NCBI GenBank assembly: GCA_050251575.1
Contig: JBFWMP010000001.1
Location: 7,913-71,912, forward strand
Direction: 5' to 3'
Length of the DNA stretch: 64,000 nucleotides
Source: Clostridia bacterium
GTDB lineage: Bacteria > Bacillota > Clostridia > SK-Y3
The notes under the pieces are model-generated. The model did not search any database, was not told the origin of the DNA, and saw nothing but the letters and a program-made list of their open reading frames with translations. The translations under genes and the position numbers were made by a program. Positions within the stretch are counted from its first letter, which is position 1, and every line of letters starts with the position of its first letter. Shown piece after piece: positions 60,075 to 64,000 of the stretch.

Positions 60075-60147
60075 CTCCCAGCCTCTGATTGCTAGCTACC
60101 CAGCTCCTGACTCCCAGCTCCCAGCTCCTAGCTCCTAGCTCCCAGCT
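60075..60147. repeat. Heptamer array (CTCCCAG/CTCCTAG, about 6 clear units plus degenerate ones)
   Basis: Read directly; after the ZIP transporter stop codon. Confidence 0.9.
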
Positions 60148-60153
60148 ATTATA

Positions 60154-60900
60154 TTAATGTGTTCCTACAGAAACTATTATCCCTATTATTATACCCAATA
60201 TATTTCCTATTGTCGACAACCTTCCTTTATAGATATTTTTCGACTCCGGAATCAAATCTCCACAAACAATATATAGCATGGCACCACCGGCAAAACCAAG
60301 ACAAACTGCAATTACTTCTTGTGATATTTCCCCAAGTATTGCGCCAATAAATGCCCCTACTCCCATTGGAATACCCGCACAAACAGTATAAAGTAAAACC
60401 TTTATGTTTCCCATTCCTCCTGCTTTCATAGGCAGTGCCACTGCAAGCCCTTCCGGGATATTATGTATTGCAATGACCATTGTAAGGCTCATCCCAAGTC
60501 TTGCTGATGCATCAAAACCCGAACCAATTGCCACACCTTCAGGGAAATTATGCAAGGCAATTCCAACTATCATTAGTATTCCTACCCTCAACAATCTACT
60601 GTTAACAACTCTTACTCTTTTCTCAGGCTTCCATATCCTGATGCAATTATCAAGATAAACAATAGTAATGACACCTATGATAACTCCTATCAGTGTCCAT
60701 TCAAGACCACCCAATTCAAACGCATGAGGCAGCAAATCGAAACAAACAACTGCTGTCATTAAACCTGCAGAAAACTCCAAAACAAAACTCATAAAACGAT
60801 TATTCCTTTTATTTACAAAGAACGCACCTACCCCTCCTATTCCCGTTCCTATCATACCTGCTGCAAACCCTACCATAGTAATCATTAATAAGCGTTCCAT
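60154..60900 (-). CDS. ZIP-family (GufA/ZupT) metal transporter
   Basis: LHNFPEG, IHNIPEG, AGGAMLY...LIPE. Confidence 0.9.
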   Translation of the reverse strand: MERLLMITMVGFAAGMIGTGIGGVGAFFVNKRNNRFMSFVLEFSAGLMTAVVCFDLLPHAFELGGLEWTLIGVIIGVITIVYLDNCIRIWKPEKRVRVVNSRLLRVGILMIVGIALHNFPEGVAIGSGFDASARLGMSLTMVIAIHNIPEGLAVALPMKAGGMGNIKVLLYTVCAGIPMGVGAFIGAILGEISQEVIAVCLGFAGGAMLYIVCGDLIPESKNIYKGRLSTIGNILGIIIGIIVSVGTH

Positions 60901-61125
60901 CCTATACCTCCTACTTAAAGAGAATGCCGAGCAATTACACCTGTAACATCTTATTCATTTGAAACAGTGAATAGAAGAAGTTTTATAGACAATAGCGAAT
61001 AGGAGAAGTTTTATTTACAATGGTTCCTTCATGCTCTATAATATAATAAAATATTATTTTCTCGTGCAGGCATAAGGTATGATAATTCTATTGATTTACT
61101 TATATTAGTATTGAGGTGATAGATT

Positions 61126-62232
61126 GTGATCAACGGTCCTCGAAATACGAAAAATTATAAAGCTAGCAATAAGTTTTATCCCCTGTCAAAAAAACTAGAA
61201 ATAAGTATTGCTGAAGCATTACCTGGTATGGTCATTGCAGAAACACTTACTAATCTCTATGGCGGAGTTATTGTCTATTCAGACACTATAGTAAATAAGC
61301 GCCTAATTGATAAATTATCCTGTCTCGGGTTTTCAAAAATATTGATTTATGATATGAATACAACTGAAATAGAAGTTAATCAAAACTACTTTTCCAGCTC
61401 TTATAATGAAGGAAAATTACTGGTAAAAGACATGATTAAAGATGTAGGCGACGGCAAACCTGTTGATTTGAAAAAACTAAGAGCTGTATCTACTCTTTTA
61501 TTAGATCAGATTGATAATAATAGAGCAGTAATTGAAACGATCGGCCAAGTGAGGCAATCAAATGAATATACATATACGCATTGTCTGAACGTGGCATTAC
61601 TTTCTTCAATGCTTGGAAGATGGCTTGGATTTGAAGAGATTAAAGTAAGGCTGCTCACTTATACCGGCTTACTGCATGATATTGGCAAAGCTAAGATCTC
61701 TAATACAATCTTGGACAAGCCGGGTCCTTTAACTGCTGCCGAATTTGAAATAATGAAAACTCATCCGGTTCTAGGCTATAAGCTTATTGAAAAAGTACCT
61801 AGCATAAATCCGAATGTAGCTTTAGGAGTCTTGATGCATCACGAAAGAGAAGATGGCTCCGGTTATCCTTTTGGTGCAAAAGGAAATCAAATTGCTGAAT
61901 TTGGAAAAATCATTGCTCTTACCGATATCTACGATGCTATGACTTCCGAAAGAAGCTATAAACCAAGACAGTCTCCCTTTGAAGTTTTTGAAATGTTTGA
62001 AAATCACAGTTTTGGTGTTTTAGATCTTAAATATTCCCGAGTACTTTTGACTAACATCGCCAATTATTATGTCGGAGATTTAGTTCGATTAAATACCAAT
62101 CAAATTGGAGAAATCATCTATATAAATCCCCATCATATTTCCAAACCGCTAATAAGAATCGACAGTACTTATGTAGATCTCTATTTCGAATCCCAAATAA
62201 AAATTATAGAACTTATAAAAGAATATGGATGA
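61126..62232 (+). CDS. HD-GYP domain phosphodiesterase
   Basis: YTYTH, LLHDIGK, HHEREDGSGYP, DIYDAMTS.R. Confidence 0.92.
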   Translation: MINGPRNTKNYKASNKFYPLSKKLEISIAEALPGMVIAETLTNLYGGVIVYSDTIVNKRLIDKLSCLGFSKILIYDMNTTEIEVNQNYFSSSYNEGKLLVKDMIKDVGDGKPVDLKKLRAVSTLLLDQIDNNRAVIETIGQVRQSNEYTYTHCLNVALLSSMLGRWLGFEEIKVRLLTYTGLLHDIGKAKISNTILDKPGPLTAAEFEIMKTHPVLGYKLIEKVPSINPNVALGVLMHHEREDGSGYPFGAKGNQIAEFGKIIALTDIYDAMTSERSYKPRQSPFEVFEMFENHSFGVLDLKYSRVLLTNIANYYVGDLVRLNTNQIGEIIYINPHHISKPLIRIDSTYVDLYFESQIKIIELIKEYG

Positions 62233-62276
62233 AAGCATACACAACTTATGCAAACTCAAATTTATACGGATTATTG

Positions 62277-63512
62277 CTATGCCTTGCCATTGCTGCCAGC
62301 AAGCTTCTCATGCTCTTCCCCTTCTTCATCATCCTCAGGGAACAAACTATCTGCTGCCGGCTCACCTTTAAATGCCACTTTTAATAATGCCGGTGTAATA
62401 AGTGAGGTCAGAACAATAACAAGTACCATCATAGTAAACAATCTAGCCTCTATAATTCCCTGTTTTAATCCCACAGATGCGACAATGAGTGCAACCTCTC
62501 CCCTGGATGCCATCCCGATCCCAATCTGCATTGACCTTTTCCGGTTGAATCCCATCAATTTTGCTCCTAGACCACATCCAATAATCTTTCCTAATACTGC
62601 AGCTAAAAATACTGCTATCGCAAAAATCAGAATAGGAGCACCTATATTCTTAATCTCTGCACTCATACCTATCCCTACAAAAAATATAGGTGTAAAAATA
62701 AGATATGCGGCAACTTCGATTTGGCTTGATATTTTCGTCTTATATGATGTAGTAGATAGAATAACCCCTGCCAAATAAGCACCTGTAATCGCAGCTATTT
62801 CTGCTTTCTCAGCAAAGTATGCTAAAACCAAACAGATAATAAGTCCTATAATGGTCATGCTTCCAGATAAATTTAATGTGTACCCATAGTTATTGACAAT
62901 TTTCTGAAATAAAAATCCAAATACAAATACAACACCAAAGTATACAGTAATATTCATAATTGTAGTACCGATACTACTGTTTCCTGTCACCATTCCCAGT
63001 AGTAACGCCAGCATGATAATTCCTATTACATCATCAATAATTGCTGCACCGAGTATTCCTACTCCCTGCTTACTCCTAAGCTGCTTTAGCTCTCTTAATG
63101 TTTGAACAGTTATACTTACACTGGTTGCAGTAAGAATCAATCCTATAAAAGCTGCTTCTGAAAACTCCCGCACTCCAAACATAAAACACACTGCATATCC
63201 TAATGCAAAAGGAACTAATACACCGCCCAATGCAATTACAGTAAAGGACTTTGCAGATGCTCTCAATTCGCTTACATTTGTCTCGAGCCCCGCAATAAAC
63301 ATCAATAAAATTACACCAAGATCTGAAAAAACATGTAATATTTCATTCATATGAAACAGCGCTAATACTGAAGGTCCAATGATAATTCCCATTAGCATCT
63401 CACCTAGAACTACAGGCTGGTGAAATTTCTGACTGATATATCCACCCACTCTGGCAAATATATATATCAACGCAAGCTGTAATAATATTTCTTTTCCTTC
63501 CACAAAAGTCAC
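62277..63512 (-). CDS. CPA2 cation:proton antiporter (NapA-like)
   Basis: PVVLGE, LMFIAGLE, ATSVSIT, AAIIDD, KIIGC, SRGEVALI. Confidence 0.9.
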   Translation of the reverse strand: MTFVEGKEILLQLALIYIFARVGGYISQKFHQPVVLGEMLMGIIIGPSVLALFHMNEILHVFSDLGVILLMFIAGLETNVSELRASAKSFTVIALGGVLVPFALGYAVCFMFGVREFSEAAFIGLILTATSVSITVQTLRELKQLRSKQGVGILGAAIIDDVIGIIMLALLLGMVTGNSSIGTTIMNITVYFGVVFVFGFLFQKIVNNYGYTLNLSGSMTIIGLIICLVLAYFAEKAEIAAITGAYLAGVILSTTSYKTKISSQIEVAAYLIFTPIFFVGIGMSAEIKNIGAPILIFAIAVFLAAVLGKIIGCGLGAKLMGFNRKRSMQIGIGMASRGEVALIVASVGLKQGIIEARLFTMMVLVIVLTSLITPALLKVAFKGEPAADSLFPEDDEEGEEHEKLAGSNGKA

Positions 63513-63547
63513 CTGATTTCTTATATTTGTTGATCTTTAGTTTGTTC

Positions 63548-63600
63548 GAGTTCTAACCTTCAGAGGGTGGCTTAACCCCTCCCTCTAAAGATTAGAACTT
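63548..63600. repeat. Long hairpin in the antiporter leader
   Basis: GAGTTCTAACCTTCAGAGGG ... CCCTCTAAAGATTAGAACTT. Confidence 0.6.
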
Positions 63601-63695
63601 TGTTTATAAAAGCACATAGAAATAGGGCATTCTCTATCTTACACTGTCCAATAAAGGAACCTTTATACAACACTGTATAACAGAGAAACCCTTTC

Positions 63696-64000
63696 TTACA
63701 AGTATTCCTCATTACTTAAGCACCTGTGCAGCTCACCGCCGCGGCAATCTTCCACCGGTAGAGTAAAAATAATTCCTGAGTGAGGCATCTTCATATTTCC
63801 ACCCAGAATTTCTTCAATTGCATCCATGGCAGCTAAAACATGCTGTTCACAATATATAACCGATATTATGGTTTTACTAAAACCAGGATCATTCATTGGT
63901 CTGTACATAGAACCTATAGCCGGTCTACTGCTTAGATAACGTGCTTCGCAATGACTTCCTCCTCCCATCGTATCAACGATAGTCGCTCCCTTAATTCCTA
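63696..64000 (-). CDS. PII-like protein, N-terminus outside the window
   Basis: Frame stays open to the edge: GIKGATIVDTMGGG...KTIISVI...GIIFTLPV, matching the PII-like pattern. Confidence 0.7.
   Translation of the reverse strand, partial: GIKGATIVDTMGGGSHCEARYLSSRPAIGSMYRPMNDPGFSKTIISVIYCEQHVLAAMDAIEEILGGNMKMPHSGIIFTLPVEDCRGGELHRCLSNEEYL

Noticed and set aside
799-62778. Numerous short antisense or out-of-frame ORFs in the track (e.g. 62248-62778, 35461-35841, 22149-22559)
   Set aside because: Shadows of well-supported genes, with no SD or motifs

Overview
A 64 kb low-GC chromosomal segment, inferred to come from a Clostridia-class Firmicute. Almost all genes lie on the minus strand, and the core genes are those usually found near the origin (rpsF-ssb-rpsR, yybS-gdpP-rplI-dnaB-tilS-hpt-ftsH, t6A genes, upp/rpiB, gltX/glnS, rex). 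Accessory blocks are: a sigma54-controlled Zn-dehydrogenase/transketolase operon with its PrpR-like activator; citDEF without visible activation genes; sdpRI-like and arsR-arsP-thioredoxin modules; and an RpiR-FGGY kinase-2-hydroxyacid dehydrogenase-class II aldolase-GntP cluster for an unknown sugar acid. I found no rRNA, tRNA, CRISPR array, prophage or transposase. The least explained signals are non-coding. (1) A ~150 bp MITE-like family with a REP-like core sits three times in the loop of a pre-existing hairpin, once with a clean 8-bp duplication. (2) Intergenic heptamer arrays read as tandem GGAG on the mRNA strand. (3) A DnaA-box cluster lies away from oriC. (4) Long loopless palindromes copy gene ends. 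All protein calls come from recognising motifs by eye; no searches were run.
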